64,000 nucleotides of DNA, taken from positions 544,001 through 608,000 of the forward strand of contig CBDDEL010000015.1 of assembly GCA_965226885.1 (NCBI GenBank), written 5' to 3'. The translations under genes and the position numbers were made by a program. Positions within the stretch are counted from its first letter, which is position 1. Each line of letters begins with the position of its first letter. The notes below the pieces were generated by a model. It did not search any database. It saw only the letters and a program-made list of their open reading frames with translations, and was not told where the DNA came from. This DNA comes from Opitutales bacterium (GTDB taxonomy: Bacteria; Verrucomicrobiota; Verrucomicrobiia; Opitutales; UBA2987). Positions 9,916 through 21,178 of this stretch are shown here, one piece after another.

Positions 9916-10066
9916 GCGAATGGGCGACAGGGAATACCTGCGCGTGACATTCGGAAAACCTGAACACGGCGAGCGAGAGAGAATACGTCGTCAACTCGAA
10001 GCATACTGCGGGTTGGACACCGAAGGCATGTGGCAGATCATTTCGGCTCTGCGCGGCCTTGTTTGA
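9916..10066 (+). pseudogene. C-terminal fragment of a DUF2779-like protein
   Basis: ...ERERIRRQLEAYCGLDTEGM has the L..YC.LDT..M ending typical of that family; fused to the SDR fragment. Confidence 0.5.
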
Positions 10067-10261
10067 TCCCGCTGCTCCCCGGCGTGCCAGATCCTCCATG
10101 ATTTCTGGGCGACCCCGGTTGTTTAATCGTTTCCGTATGAACCTGAGACCGTCCTCCACCAGAACGCTTCGGTTTGGCCGCAAGTCATTAAACCCAATTC
10201 TTGGCCGGTAACGGACAAATCTAAAGGTTCAGTCACAACGTTGATAATCAACAAATAAAAT

Positions 10262-10284
10262 TGGCGGGATAGACGGGACTTGAA
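10262..10284 (-). other. tRNA 3'-end fragment (Asp-like), probable island att site
   Basis: Minus strand reads TTCAAGTCCCGTCTATCCCGCCA (T-loop, acceptor strand, CCA) with no 5' half. Confidence 0.7.
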
Positions 10285-10450
10285 TTCGGGGTAACGGATT
10301 CTAAATTGTTTCATAAGTCACCTAATAGTCACCTAATATCATGGTGTTAAACATATTAGAAAATTGCGGGTTTTCAGTGATTTGGCAATGAGTGGCACGG
10401 AATGGAACCGAATAGAAGCAAAAGGATACACAAAATTGACACATAGAATG

Positions 10451-12271
10451 GAGGCTGTCCCAAAAATATAAAGATTTTATAGTCAACTGGATGACGTTGA
10501 TAAAAAGAGCCGGAAAGAGCAAGTTTTTGCTCGATCCGGCCAAAAAAGGGTTCTATAATTGAGTTAGCGAAAATCAATATAGCCCTTTCTATGAAAAATA
10601 TAGCCATCCAATGCCTCCTGCGTCCAGCTTTAACTGTGGTCGACCGGTGCCTCGATTACGATAACTTCCGCGCCACCATTGATCGAATCGATCGGCTGCT
10701 GATCGACTCGGAGGTGGAATCGCAGGCCATTGAGCTGGCCTTGGAGGGGTGGCCGCCAATGGGTCTAAAGGCCCGGCGGCAGCGGGCCAGTTTTGCCATC
10801 AAGGCACTCACTGCGCATGGATACGCTGGGCCGTCTGCTCGGAGGGATTTCGTTTCGGCATTTGTCGCGGGCTCTGGGCAGCAGCGATCTGTTGGCCGAC
10901 TTTTGCCGTGTCCGGCAGATCGATGGCATCAGGGGCATCTCCAAAAGCACCCTGGAGCGGGCCTCGAAGTTTTTCAGCGAAGAGCAGTTGAGGGCCTTGC
11001 ACCGGACCTTGACTGAGGTGGTGGGCGATGCCCTTCTGGCCCGGCAGGTGGGATTGGACAAGCCGATTGACACCACCATTTGCCTGATCGACGGCACCTG
11101 TTTGGAGGCTAACATTCATTGGCCGACGGACTGGGTATTACTCAAGGATGTAGCCGGCACGTTGCTCAAAGCGATCCGGCTGATCCGCGAGAAGGCCGGT
11201 TTGCGCCATCGCATGCCGATCGAACCGGAGCCCTTGGCTCGGCAGATGAATCGGCTGTGCATACAGATGACCCACAGCCGGCGGCGAAAGGACAGCGCGC
11301 GGCAGCGCAAGGGTATCTTGAGGCAGATGAAAAAGCTGCTCAAACGGATCGGGGAGCATGCCCGCAGTCACCGGGAATTATTGCAAGCCTGCTGGGAGCA
11401 AAGCGATTACAGCGAAAAACAGGTCCAACAGATCCTCGCCCGGATGGAGCGCATGAGCGAGCAAATCCCGGTGGTCATCAAACAGGCGCACGAGCGGATC
11501 ATTGGCGGCCGCCAGGTGAAAAACGCAGAGAAAGTCTTGAGTGTTTACGAACTCGATGGGCAGGTGATTGTGCGAGGTAAAGCGGGCCAAGAGGTCGAGT
11601 TCGGCAACACCCTGTTTTTGGGAGAAAGCATTGAAGGGTACCTGCTGGACTGGAAACTCTACGGCAGCCGAACTCCAAGCGAAAATGAACAAATGCAAGA
11701 GAGTTTGCAAAGACAGAACCGCTTCAACCTGGAAGAACCCATAGCGGCCATGTGCGCGGACCGGGGATTTGCCTCCCAGCGGGCCCGCCGGCAGTTAGCC
11801 CAGGAGGGAATCTACGACGCGCTCTGTCCACGCGATCCGAAGCAGTTGAAAAAACGGATGGAGGAACCACTGTTCAGACAATTGCAAAAGCGCCGGGCCA
11901 GCACCGAAGGGCGGATCGGGGTATTGAAGAATCGCTGGCAGGCCGGGCGGTTGCGCAGCAAAGGCTTTGCCAACCGCTCGATCAGCGTAGCCTGGTCGGT
12001 ACTCTCGCACAACCTATGGAAAGTAGCCAAGATGCTGGCCCAGCAAGACGAACTAAAAACCAAAGCGGTGGCCTAGAGAGCGGAAAAGCAAGGACAATAC
12101 TTTTTCACAGCCGTACTGTCGGCTCATACAAAGAAAACCAGGCAACCGGACCCCAAAACCAGTATCCTAACGTCATAGGAGAGCAAAGTTGATACTCTCC
12201 CAAATGCAAATACCTCTAAAATGAGCGCCTATCAAAAGCCCTCGCAAAAATCACCCTTTTGGGACAGCCTC
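10451..12271 (+). mobile_element. IS5/ISNCY-like insertion sequence, copy 1
   Basis: Terminal IR GAGGCTGTCCCAAAA; perfect 7-bp target duplication TAGAATG at 10444-10450 and 12272-12278. Confidence 0.93.
10591..12076 (+). pseudogene. DDE transposase, frameshifted
   Basis: Same as the intact 493-aa copy at 44514-45995 except for a 4-bp duplication CACT at 10805-10812 and a few substitutions. Confidence 0.9.
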
Positions 12272-12523
12272 TAGAATGGCAAGGGGGCGGGGGGGGTCGA
12301 GTGATTTCCCTGGTGGCGATATACGTATTGGTCAATCCATCTATCCTAGATATTTTACAAAAAGGCTTTCAGGAAGCATACACGTATTATTCAAATGCCG
12401 ATCAAAATTTTTTCTGTAAAGGGGGGATGAACCATAAATTGGGTGTCATCCCTTGCGGTGAGGGCAAAGAGCCGGACACAAACTGATTGACTTATGTTGG
12501 CAGCAAACTATACTGCAAAATTG

Positions 12524-13325
12524 GGTAGTGTATAAAAAAAGAATGTTATTTTGTATTTTTAGCTGTACAAATAGCGTTAGGCAGTTTATTTTTAGTGCAT
12601 GGTTACTAAAATTATTAATTGTCGGCACTGTGGAAGTGAAAATATCATTAAATTTGGCAAGACGCCCAACCATAAACAGCGCTACCGCTGCCATGATTGT
12701 GGTAAACAAAGCCGCGAAAACCCCACAGTGAAATACACCGAAGAGCAAAAAGAAATGATCCTTCGAGTCTATCAGGAACGCAGCAGTCTACGCGGTTTAC
12801 AGCGCGCCTTCGGGGTGAGTCCCAACACCTTTTTGAGTTGGTTAGAAAAAACGACAATCGCTGCGACCGCTCAAAAGCACGATTCTTGCGGCCCGCCGCC
12901 ATGATGTCATTGAACTGGACGAACTGTGGTCTTTTGTGGGGCGCAAGAGCGATGCCCAATGGGTTTGGATCGCTCTTTGCCGACGCACCCGTCAAATCCT
13001 CTCCTATGCCATTGGGCCTCGGGATTGGTATCGTTGCCGGGAACTTTACGAGCGTCTGCCACGGGCCTACAAAAGATGTGCCACCTACAGCGACTTTTGG
13101 AGCACTTATGATGAAGTCTTTCCTCATAACCGATCCGTGGGAAAAGAAACCGGTGAAACGGCCCATGTGGAACGATGGAACAATACCCTGCGCCAACGAC
13201 TGGGTCGTTTCACACGCAAAACCCTCTCCTTTTCCAAGCTTAAGAGTATGCATGAAACCTGTCTGAGACTTTTCATTCATCAATATAATCAAGAATTAGC
13301 CACCATTCCTACTTAATACACTACC
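12524..13325 (+). mobile_element. IS1-family element, copy 1 (802 bp)
   Basis: IR GGTAGTGTAT; 8-bp TSD CAAAATTG; insA/insB arrangement. Confidence 0.95.
12599..13316 (+). CDS. IS1 transposase InsA (12599-12904) and InsB (to 13316), joined by programmed -1 frameshift
   Basis: CxxC...CxxC zinc ribbon plus HTH; ELDELWSFVG, SDFW and ERWNNTLRQ DDE motifs; A6C slippery site near 12846. Confidence 0.88.
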
Positions 13326-13386
13326 CAAAATTGGTTGGATGGGTAATCCAAAGACGCCACCTATATTTTGAACATTGAGGGAATGA

Positions 13387-14193
13387 ATGATGAAAAAAAC
13401 TGAAGTTAAGAAAATCACTGATTTAAAGGACAAGATCGAGGCCTATCGGGCATCGGCCCTTGCGGCAGGGAATGGTAGAAAGAGAGGCCCAGCAAGACTC
13501 GGAAATCTTGCCCTGGCCAGCGCTGCCGCCGGTGGGGCCGCCTTGGCTATGGCCCCTGCGGCCGAAGCCGTCATTCAACACAGTGGCCCGCAGAATATTA
13601 TGCTGACGGACGCCACTGGAAGTCCTTATGCCCCCACGTCTTTTACCATCAATTTGGACGGCGATCTCTTTAATGACTTGAAAATAAATCATTTCCACCC
13701 AACATATTACTTCAACCAAGCCAGCGTCGAGCTACTGAATGGCGCGAGCGTCCTTGCAAGTTATAGAAGTTATTATTTGCATACTGCCAAGGCCCTGATC
13801 TCCGACTACAATATTGCTAACACCCTCGGAAACTGGCGTGGTGCCATCTCCGGCAACGGGACCAATGTTTTAGGTGCTTATAATGCGACAATTAATGGTA
13901 ATTTCGACGGCCAGGGAAACAGGTACCTCGGCGTCCAGTTTACCAATTTCACCTCGAACCAGAGGCATTTCGGCTGGGTCCAGATTAACGTTGCGGCAAA
14001 CACCAGTTCTCTCAAAATCGTGGACTGGGCCTGGGAAGACACCCCCGGTGTCTCCATCTTGGCCGGGGCCGGCGCACCCCAACCCCAAGCCGAAATCCCA
14101 ACCCTGAACGAATGGGGCATCATCGTATTGATGACCCTGCTGGCTGGGGCCGCCGCCTGGAAAATGAACAAGCCCGAGCTTTTGCAGGCTTAA
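13387..14193 (+). CDS. IPTL-CTERM sorting-domain surface protein
   Basis: C-terminal IPTLNEWGIIVLMTLLAGAAAWKM; long Ala-rich signal peptide; GAGG RBS. Confidence 0.9.
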   Translation: MMKKTEVKKITDLKDKIEAYRASALAAGNGRKRGPARLGNLALASAAAGGAALAMAPAAEAVIQHSGPQNIMLTDATGSPYAPTSFTINLDGDLFNDLKINHFHPTYYFNQASVELLNGASVLASYRSYYLHTAKALISDYNIANTLGNWRGAISGNGTNVLGAYNATINGNFDGQGNRYLGVQFTNFTSNQRHFGWVQINVAANTSSLKIVDWAWEDTPGVSILAGAGAPQPQAEIPTLNEWGIIVLMTLLAGAAAWKMNKPELLQA

Positions 14194-14480
14194 ATAAACC
14201 GGTAAGGGCTTTGGGATTGTGTTGAATCCCTTTCTGGCAAGCTATCACTGGATGCGGATTGACGATTGCCAAAGCGTATTGAAAGGCGCTATTTTCAACG
14301 ATTATGAATGTTCATATGGGAATTCTTGGATTGTACGGCCTCATTCCGCCACCCCCGCTGCAAAACCTACAATACCAAACCTACGGAAATACTCTCACTT
14401 AAAGTGGTAGCAAAGATGGGGTCCGATCAATTTTCGTTTGAACCGCATCAGTGTTCCTCATATCTATTTTCCAATCAGTC

Positions 14481-15957
14481 ATGCGTGTCGGAATCTTGTC
14501 GCTTATTCACGAATCGAATACCTTCGCCGTCACTCCGACGACGATCGAACTCTTTCGCCGGGACAACCTTCTGATCGGCCAGGAAGTTCGTCGGGAGTTC
14601 GAGGGTGGGCACCATCAGATCAGCGGTTTCTTTGAAGGTTTGAAGAGCGCGGGCGTTGAAGCCGTCCCCATTTTTTACGCCTCGACACCGCCGTCCGGGA
14701 CCATCACCAAGGAAACCTGCGAAGAACTGATCCGATTGATGTTCGAGGCGCTGGACAATGCGGGGCCTCTCGAAGGGTATCTGGTATCACCTCATGGAGC
14801 CAATGCGGGCGAGGGTCCCAACTATCGGGACCTTGATGGATTCTGGCTGACGAAGCTGAGAAAACGTGTCGGGCAGGAAACACCGATTATCTGTGTCATC
14901 GATCCCCACGCTAATCTTTCGGAACGAATGATTGAGGCCTGCGACGCGACGATCGCCTATCGGTCGAATCCACATCTGGATCAGAGGGAGCGGGGACTGG
15001 AAGCGGCTGATCTGATGGTTCGGACGCTCCGGGGAGAAATCAAGCCGGTTCAAAAAGCGTCGTTCCCTGCCTTCGCGATCAATATCGAGAGGCAAGGGAC
15101 CACCCGATGGCCTTGCCTTCCTCTCTATGAACTGGCCAATCGCCAATTGAAAATGACCAGTGTTCTCTCCAACAGTGTTGTCCTCGGATTCCCTTATTCA
15201 GACGTCGAAGAGATGGGGTCGTCCGCTCTCGTCGTGACCGATGACGATCCCGATCTCGCCCAATCGCTGGCGGATGAAATGGCTGGCTACATGTTGGCCC
15301 ACAAAGAGGAATTCGTTGGGGAATACAATACAATCGAGGAGGCGATCGACCAGGCAGTCGGGATGTCGGGTCCTGTCTGTTTGCTCGATATGGGCGACAA
15401 CGTAGGGGGCGGATCCGCGGCAGACGGCACGTTGATCGCTCAGGAGATCCATCGGCGTGGTGATACCACGGGATTCGTCTGTCTATACGATCCAGAGTCC
15501 CAGAAACAAGCGCGGGTGGCGGGTGTTGGGAGCAACCTGACGCTGACAATGGGCGGGAAGATGGACAATCCGACACGGCCAACCGCTCATAGCCGAGGTG
15601 ACGGTCAAGAGTCTGCACGATGGCTATTTCGAAGAGTCGGCAGTCCGTCACGGTGGCTACACGCATTTTGATATGGGTCCCACTGCCCTCGTGACGACGG
15701 AAACCGGACTGACGATCAGTCTGACCAGTTTGCGTATTGTTCCGGTTAGTCTCGGAGTCGTCACCAGCATTTGTTTGCAACCATCCGACTTTCAGATTCT
15801 GGTGGCAAAAGGGGTCCATGCCCCCGTGACGGCGTATGAGCCGGTTTGCAGCGAGCTGATTCGGGTCAACACGACAGGGGCGACGGCCGCCGATATGCGG
15901 ACCTTTGAATATCGGCATCGACGAAAACCGATGTATCCATTTGAAGAAATCATCTAA
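14481..15957 (+). pseudogene. MlrC / M81 family metallopeptidase, frameshifted
   Basis: HESNTF, HGA, D.HAN, NPH.D and DMGDNVGGG motifs. A single extra C near 15570 splits it into ORFs 14451-15671 and 15598-15957; a sequencing error cannot be excluded. Confidence 0.85.
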
Positions 15958-16287
15958 TCTCCGCTTCGATATGGCGCTAACGCGACCCACCGTGGAGTGA
16001 TTTGTGAACCTGCGGTAGCCCGATGATCTTATTGATTTTCCGTTCCATAACGATCTTGCCATTCTCCCATTTCCCATTCACTATCCCCCCGATTGAAGGA
16101 TTTCCCAGCCAAGCTCAAGGCAATGCTTGAGAATCTATCCTCCCGGCGATCTACCGGTGGGAGCAAGCAGCACAAAGCGGTTTCCCAAAGTGGAGAACCT
16201 AACCCAATGGTTCCACCTCCTGTGCCACTGAACTCGGAGCAAAAGAAGGTTGTCAGTCACCTTCGGATAAATGGAGCAAGGGACTTA

Positions 16288-17419
16288 TACCAAATCGCAA
16301 AAGGATTGATAAAGATTAAAAAACAGCTATAAAGGCGGAATGAGAAGATATATGGGAACCGATGAAGACCGTGAACGTATCAAGAAATTGCTCAACAAAG
16401 AGGCTGTCGGCTGGCGTAAAGAGCGTTTGGTGGCATTAAAAATGGGCTTCCAGCCGCACCACAGCATTGATGAAATTGGAGCCATCGTGGGCCGAGGCAA
16501 AGCGACGATCCAGCGTTGGTTTGACAAATATCGTGCTGCAGGGCTCGGGGCGGTGCTTACACGCGCCTACAAAGGCGGGATCAAAAGCCGTTGCGACAAA
16601 GAGGTGGAGGCCTTCTTGCTCAATGGTTTGAAGGTCGCGCGCTGGAACACAGCCGTTCAGGCGGGGCAAGAGCTGGAGCGACATTTCGGGCGCTCCTTCG
16701 CCTACAAGACGGTGTGGCGATGGCTAAAAAAATGCGCCGGGGTGCTTCGAGTCCCTCGGCCCGTGCATGAGAAACGGGACTCGGCAAAAGCGGAAGCGTT
16801 CAAGCGAGACTTTTTTAAGATCCTCCAGGAGCTTTCCCTCACCCGAGGCAATCGGGTTCGGGTGTGGTTTGCCGATGAAAGCCGTTTTGGTTTGCTTCCG
16901 GTGTACCGCCGGTGCTGGACGCAAAGAGGGCTTCGGCCGCACAAAAAATATCAGACAAGATACCAGTGGAGCTACTGTTACGGAGCCCTCGACGTGGTCA
17001 ACGGCGAGATGGTATGCATCCAAACCCCTAGCACGAATCTACAGTGGACGGAGGCTTTCCTCCAACAGATCAAAAAGCAATATCCTGAGGAGGAACATGT
17101 GGTTGTATGGGACGGGGCAGGCTTCCATCCGCACGACTCGGAGCACCCCAACGTCCCCCCGGGCATACATATCGTGAATTTGCCGCCGTATAGTCCTGAA
17201 CTCAACCCGATTGAAAGACTTTGGGATATGATACAGGATCAAACGGCCAACAAACTGTGGCCGAGCATTGAGCGACTCGAAGAAGTCGTCGCAACCCATC
17301 TCAAAGACTGGTGGGAGGACACTGAAAAAGTCCTCTCTTTAGTTGGCGGAGGCTGGCAGCACATTCAAGCAAACGCTTCTGCCAAATAACTTATTATCAT
17401 ACCTAATGAGATTTGGTAT
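16288..17419 (+). mobile_element. IS630-family element
   Basis: IR TACCAAATC / GATTTGGTA with flanking TA; boundaries are within 1-2 bp. Confidence 0.85.
16340..17389 (+). CDS. IS630-family transposase
   Basis: ADESRFG, WDGAGFH and LPPYSPELNPIE motifs. Confidence 0.95.
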   Translation: MRRYMGTDEDRERIKKLLNKEAVGWRKERLVALKMGFQPHHSIDEIGAIVGRGKATIQRWFDKYRAAGLGAVLTRAYKGGIKSRCDKEVEAFLLNGLKVARWNTAVQAGQELERHFGRSFAYKTVWRWLKKCAGVLRVPRPVHEKRDSAKAEAFKRDFFKILQELSLTRGNRVRVWFADESRFGLLPVYRRCWTQRGLRPHKKYQTRYQWSYCYGALDVVNGEMVCIQTPSTNLQWTEAFLQQIKKQYPEEEHVVVWDGAGFHPHDSEHPNVPPGIHIVNLPPYSPELNPIERLWDMIQDQTANKLWPSIERLEEVVATHLKDWWEDTEKVLSLVGGGWQHIQANASAK

Positions 17420-17506
17420 TAAAGGTGCGAGCGGTACAAGGGGGGGTCAGGTGATTTCCCTGGTGACGATACACGTATTATTCAAGTGCCGATCAAAATT
17501 TTTATT

Positions 17507-17737
17507 CTAAAGGGAAAAACCTCCCGAAGTTTTTTGTCCCAAAGTAGTCGAACGTGGCCAAAGGGAAGAGCGGATCACCCGGCTCTCACCACCCGACGAT
17601 GCGCGGGAGTTTCCCGGCCCCCACGAATCCAGCAACGTCACGCTTGCGCCCTGCCTCAGCAGATGCAGCGCCGTCCACCCGCCGAAAGCTCCGGCTCCGA
17701 TCACGGCGACATGTTGCGGTTTATTAATGGCATACAT
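17507..17737 (-). pseudogene. FAD-dependent oxidoreductase (sarcosine oxidase-like) N-terminal fragment
   Basis: VAVIGAGAFGGWTALHL...SSGGESRVIR, then truncated at about 60 aa. Confidence 0.8.
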
Positions 17738-17773
17738 CGTTTTTCAGGCTAGAATACCACCGCTAAATCAAGT

Positions 17774-18631
17774 TCAAATCACGATCTCTTCCAGATCGGC
17801 CCCGATCACGACTCTGCCGGTAAAAACCTCGCTGATTTCCTCAAGGATTTGCTTCTTCGTGGCATCGGTGTTCAGGTCGGGAGTGAGATGCACCAGCGCC
17901 AGCGTATCGACTCCCGCCTCGCGGGCGTTGTGCGCCGCATCCAGATGCCCCGAACAGGTCGTCGTCAGGCGCTTGTCGTCAATCGTCCCGTTGATAAAGT
18001 GGCACATATGCACCAGCGCATCCGCGCCCCGAGCCAGTTCGATCAGCTTGTCCGTCGGCCCCGTGTCTCCGCCGAACACCACCGCGTGCCCTTCTGCCTC
18101 TATCCGGTAAGCCAAGCACGTCAGGTACGGCTGCGCATGGATCACTTCCGCCGCCGTGAGCCGCCAGTCGACGCGCTTGAGTACCGACCCGCCTTCCACC
18201 TCCGTCACATTTGGCGCGGGCCGCTCCCGCGGCAGTACGCCCCCGCGCTCCTCGTAAACCTGTTGGCTCAATGGATGCTGCGTCCGTGCCGTTATGTCGG
18301 GATTGAACGCGCCCGAGATCCCCACCAGTTGTTCGCTCAGTTGAATCGTTCCCGGCGGCCCTATAATATCCAGTTCCGGTATTTTACCGGCTCCCTGGTC
18401 CCACCTTACCAGCACCAAGCTAGCAAAGTCCACGCAATGGTCGTAATGCAAGTGCGTCAGAAATAGCACGTCGATATCCGTTACTTTGATTCCCTTCTCT
18501 ATCAGTCGCCTGAACGAGCAAGGGCCGCAATCGATTAGGAAAGTCTTGTCCGTAAACGACAGGAGATAGCTCGAACTCGCCCGGTTCACATCCGGCGCGG
18601 GAGTTCCGGTTCCAAGAAAGGTAATCTTCAT
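17774..18631 (-). CDS. MBL-fold metallo-hydrolase (RNase Z / arylsulfatase-like)
   Basis: FLGTGTP, IDCG, THLHYDH, GDT and LVHL motifs. Confidence 0.9.
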   Translation of the reverse strand: MKITFLGTGTPAPDVNRASSSYLLSFTDKTFLIDCGPCSFRRLIEKGIKVTDIDVLFLTHLHYDHCVDFASLVLVRWDQGAGKIPELDIIGPPGTIQLSEQLVGISGAFNPDITARTQHPLSQQVYEERGGVLPRERPAPNVTEVEGGSVLKRVDWRLTAAEVIHAQPYLTCLAYRIEAEGHAVVFGGDTGPTDKLIELARGADALVHMCHFINGTIDDKRLTTTCSGHLDAAHNAREAGVDTLALVHLTPDLNTDATKKQILEEISEVFTGRVVIGADLEEIVI

Positions 18632-19115
18632 AGCGACCGACAAATCACGCTGCCATACCAGCCCCCTGTCAAGCCCAAGCGCTTGAATTTGCTCAACGTT
18701 TCCCCGGATTGCTCAAACCGAGATTTCCCATATGAACATTCATAATCGTTGAAAATAGCTACTGTCGAATATATGGAACCAATTTTCTGCTTTCAATACG
18801 CTTTGTCTAATGTCTCTTCTTGGCAGGCGCATACCCCATTGGGCAAAGGACCTGGCAATGAGCCTTGCAGGACGGGCAATGGCAATTTCTGTGATCTTGC
18901 TCGGTGGGATGAACCTTGCGGCCCAATACCTCGTTTACGTCTCCTGATTCGTCTGGATTATCAGCTTTTTGAAGTTCTGCTTTCTGTTGCATGATCTTGT
19001 CCAGAAAGGGCGGAAGGGGTGAATCACAAACTTTCTTGCAAGATTTGGCCGAAATTGTAGAATAATCAATATGACAGAAGCAAATCTATGAGAAATAAAC
19101 TTCTTCTTTACCTAG

Positions 19116-20682
19116 CCCGGATATTTCATGAAGGGTAAAGTTTGGCTCGTTATTGCTATTGGAGATGGATTTCTTTGTATTTTGAGCAGATCGTCTTGAT
19201 TTTTAGGTGTTTTTCAGGGTGTAGAGACACTGCCCCCTTTCCCCCATTGGTTCGGTAGTGCCGGGGGCAGCACCAATGCACCCTTTAGGTTGGCACCAAT
19301 CGGCGGGCCGCATGGTTGAAAAGACTGGCCCAAGGATAACTCTCACTTAGGTGAAAGTGAATCGTTCGGGTGTTGCGCACGATGACCGCTCCGATCTTGA
19401 TTAATTTGAGCCGCAGGGTGTGGCATTGGGCCCGCGCCCACTTCGTCCCTTTTAAGGCTAACCGGCGCATGGCTTCCATCAAGGTGTAGGCCAGCGCCGA
19501 CAAGAGCAATCGCCACTGATTGGCCCACCATTGATGGGCGCTGGTGCGCTCGCTGAACAATTGCATCTGTTCCTTGATTCGGTTCTCCATTTCACCGCGG
19601 CCACAGTATACCTTGTCGTAAAGCTCCTGGGGATCGCCCGGCAGGTTCGTCACCACGAAGCGCGGGTTGGACCCCTGTGCGGTGTGTTCGGCTTTATGGA
19701 TGACCAACCGCAGCCATCGCCACGAATCGGCAGCATAGACGAAGTCCTGGAATAACCGTTGTTTTTTACCCCTTAGTTCGAACCATTCTTTGGCCTGCTT
19801 TTGCAACTGCTGGGCGTCTTGCTGCAAGCGTGCATTGCGAGCCATCCCCACGATGTAACTAACTTCGTTGCGGTCGCACCAAGAGAGTATCCGGTCTCGA
19901 CAAAATCCACTGTCGGCGCGCCAAATAATCCGCGTACGGGGCCAGCTTTGGCGAATCCGTTTAACCAGCAATTTGAGGATGGCCCCGGCATGCTTGCTGG
20001 CATCGATCTTGCTCGGCCGCAGGTAGGCCACCAGCAGCTGATCACCGCAAAAAACATATAGCGGCAGAAAACAGTAATGATCATAATAACCGTGGAAAAA
20101 ACGTCCCTCCTGGAGCCCGTGCACCGGATTGTCGGTGGCGTCAAAGTCCAGGATGATCTCTTCGGGTTCCTCGGCAAAGGAGCCCATGAACTGTTCGACC
20201 AACAGCTCGTTTACCGCAAAGGCCGCCCGCCGATCCTGCCCGTTTTCAAAACGACACAAAGTCGGCGCGCTGGCCAACGTTTCAATGCGCCCCGTTACCG
20301 TTTGCAACAATGGATCGTGGCGCAGGGTATCAAAGTCGTTCAAATCCTCATAGCCCGCCACCAGCCCGTAAACGCGCTGCCGCAGCATCCCCAATACCTC
20401 ATGGCGTACTTTGCCCTTCTGCCGTTTGTCCACTAACTGTCGGGCCGCTCGTTCGGTCAAGCCCAACTGCCGATCCACTTCCCGGATCAAAAGCAGTCCG
20501 GCATCCGAAGTAACCTCTCCGCCCTTGAAATCAACCCGCACACGGCGGCCTTTTACCCTTGTCAACTGTAGCTTTAATTGTTTACCCTTTGTCATCGCTG
20601 ATATTGCTTTAATTATTGATCTATCCTGCTGTATATCAGCAGTTAAGCATATCAACGATACTTTTTTTGCGAAATATCCGGG
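19116..20682 (-). mobile_element. IS1380-family element, full copy (1567 bp)
   Basis: IR CCCGGATATTTC, flanked by CTAG on both sides. Confidence 0.95.
19285..20655 (-). CDS. IS1380-family transposase (likely start ATG 20595)
   Basis: F.GG.VTSDAG, GYED.ND, LDFDATD, RADSGF and RGEMENRIKE motifs. Confidence 0.95.
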   Translation of the reverse strand: MICLTADIQQDRSIIKAISAMTKGKQLKLQLTRVKGRRVRVDFKGGEVTSDAGLLLIREVDRQLGLTERAARQLVDKRQKGKVRHEVLGMLRQRVYGLVAGYEDLNDFDTLRHDPLLQTVTGRIETLASAPTLCRFENGQDRRAAFAVNELLVEQFMGSFAEEPEEIILDFDATDNPVHGLQEGRFFHGYYDHYCFLPLYVFCGDQLLVAYLRPSKIDASKHAGAILKLLVKRIRQSWPRTRIIWRADSGFCRDRILSWCDRNEVSYIVGMARNARLQQDAQQLQKQAKEWFELRGKKQRLFQDFVYAADSWRWLRLVIHKAEHTAQGSNPRFVVTNLPGDPQELYDKVYCGRGEMENRIKEQMQLFSERTSAHQWWANQWRLLLSALAYTLMEAMRRLALKGTKWARAQCHTLRLKLIKIGAVIVRNTRTIHFHLSESYPWASLFNHAARRLVPT

Positions 20683-20686
20683 CTAG

Positions 20687-20979
20687 CCCGGATATTTCAT
20701 GAAGGGTAAAGTTTGGCTCGTTATTGCTATTGGAGATGGATTTCTTTGTATTTTGAGCAGATCGTCTTGATTTTTAGGTGTTTTTCAGGGTGTAGAGACA
20801 CTGCCCCCTTTCCCCCATTGGTTCGGTAGTGCCGGGGGCAGCACCAATACACCCTTTAGGTTGGCACCAATCGGCGGGCCGCATGGTTGAAAAGACTGGC
20901 CCAAGGATAACTCTCACTTAGGTGAAAGTGAATCGTTCGGGTGTTGCGCACGATGACCGCTCCGATCTTGATTAATTTG
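20687..20979 (-). mobile_element. IS1380 right-end fragment
   Basis: Matches the 3' end of the full copies; cut off by the IS5-like end at 20980. Confidence 0.9.
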
Positions 20980-21178
20980 GAGGCTGTCCCAAAAGGGTGA
21001 TTTTTGCGAGGGCTTTTGATAGGCGCTCATTTTAGAGGTATTTGCATTTGGGAGAGTATCAACTTTGCTCTCCTATGACGTTAGGATACTGGTTTTGGGG
21101 TCCGGTTGCCTGGTTTTCTTTGTATGAGCCGACAGTAAGGCTGTGAAAAAGTATTGTCCTTGCTTTTCCGCTCTCTAG
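20980..21178 (-). mobile_element. IS5/ISNCY-like right-end fragment
   Basis: Starts GAGGCTGTCCCAAAAGGG; ends at the CTAG overlapping its transposase stop codon, where IS1380 inserted. Confidence 0.9.

Noticed and set aside
9624..10300. Group I intron in tRNA-Arg(CCT), considered because such introns are known at this position and AATTCGGGGTAAC occurs at 10283
   Set aside because: The sequence after the anticodon aligns with an IS end, the interval holds protein-gene relics, and I found no 3' exon or other core elements.
16093..16332. 79-aa ORF before IS630
   Set aside because: It runs into the IS end and has no recognisable motif; at best a fragment.
18807..18992. Small Cys/His-rich ORF (CHCPSCKAHC), possible RiPP precursor or metal-binding peptide
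   Set aside because: No RBS or maturation genes nearby and no recognisable family; cannot be supported.
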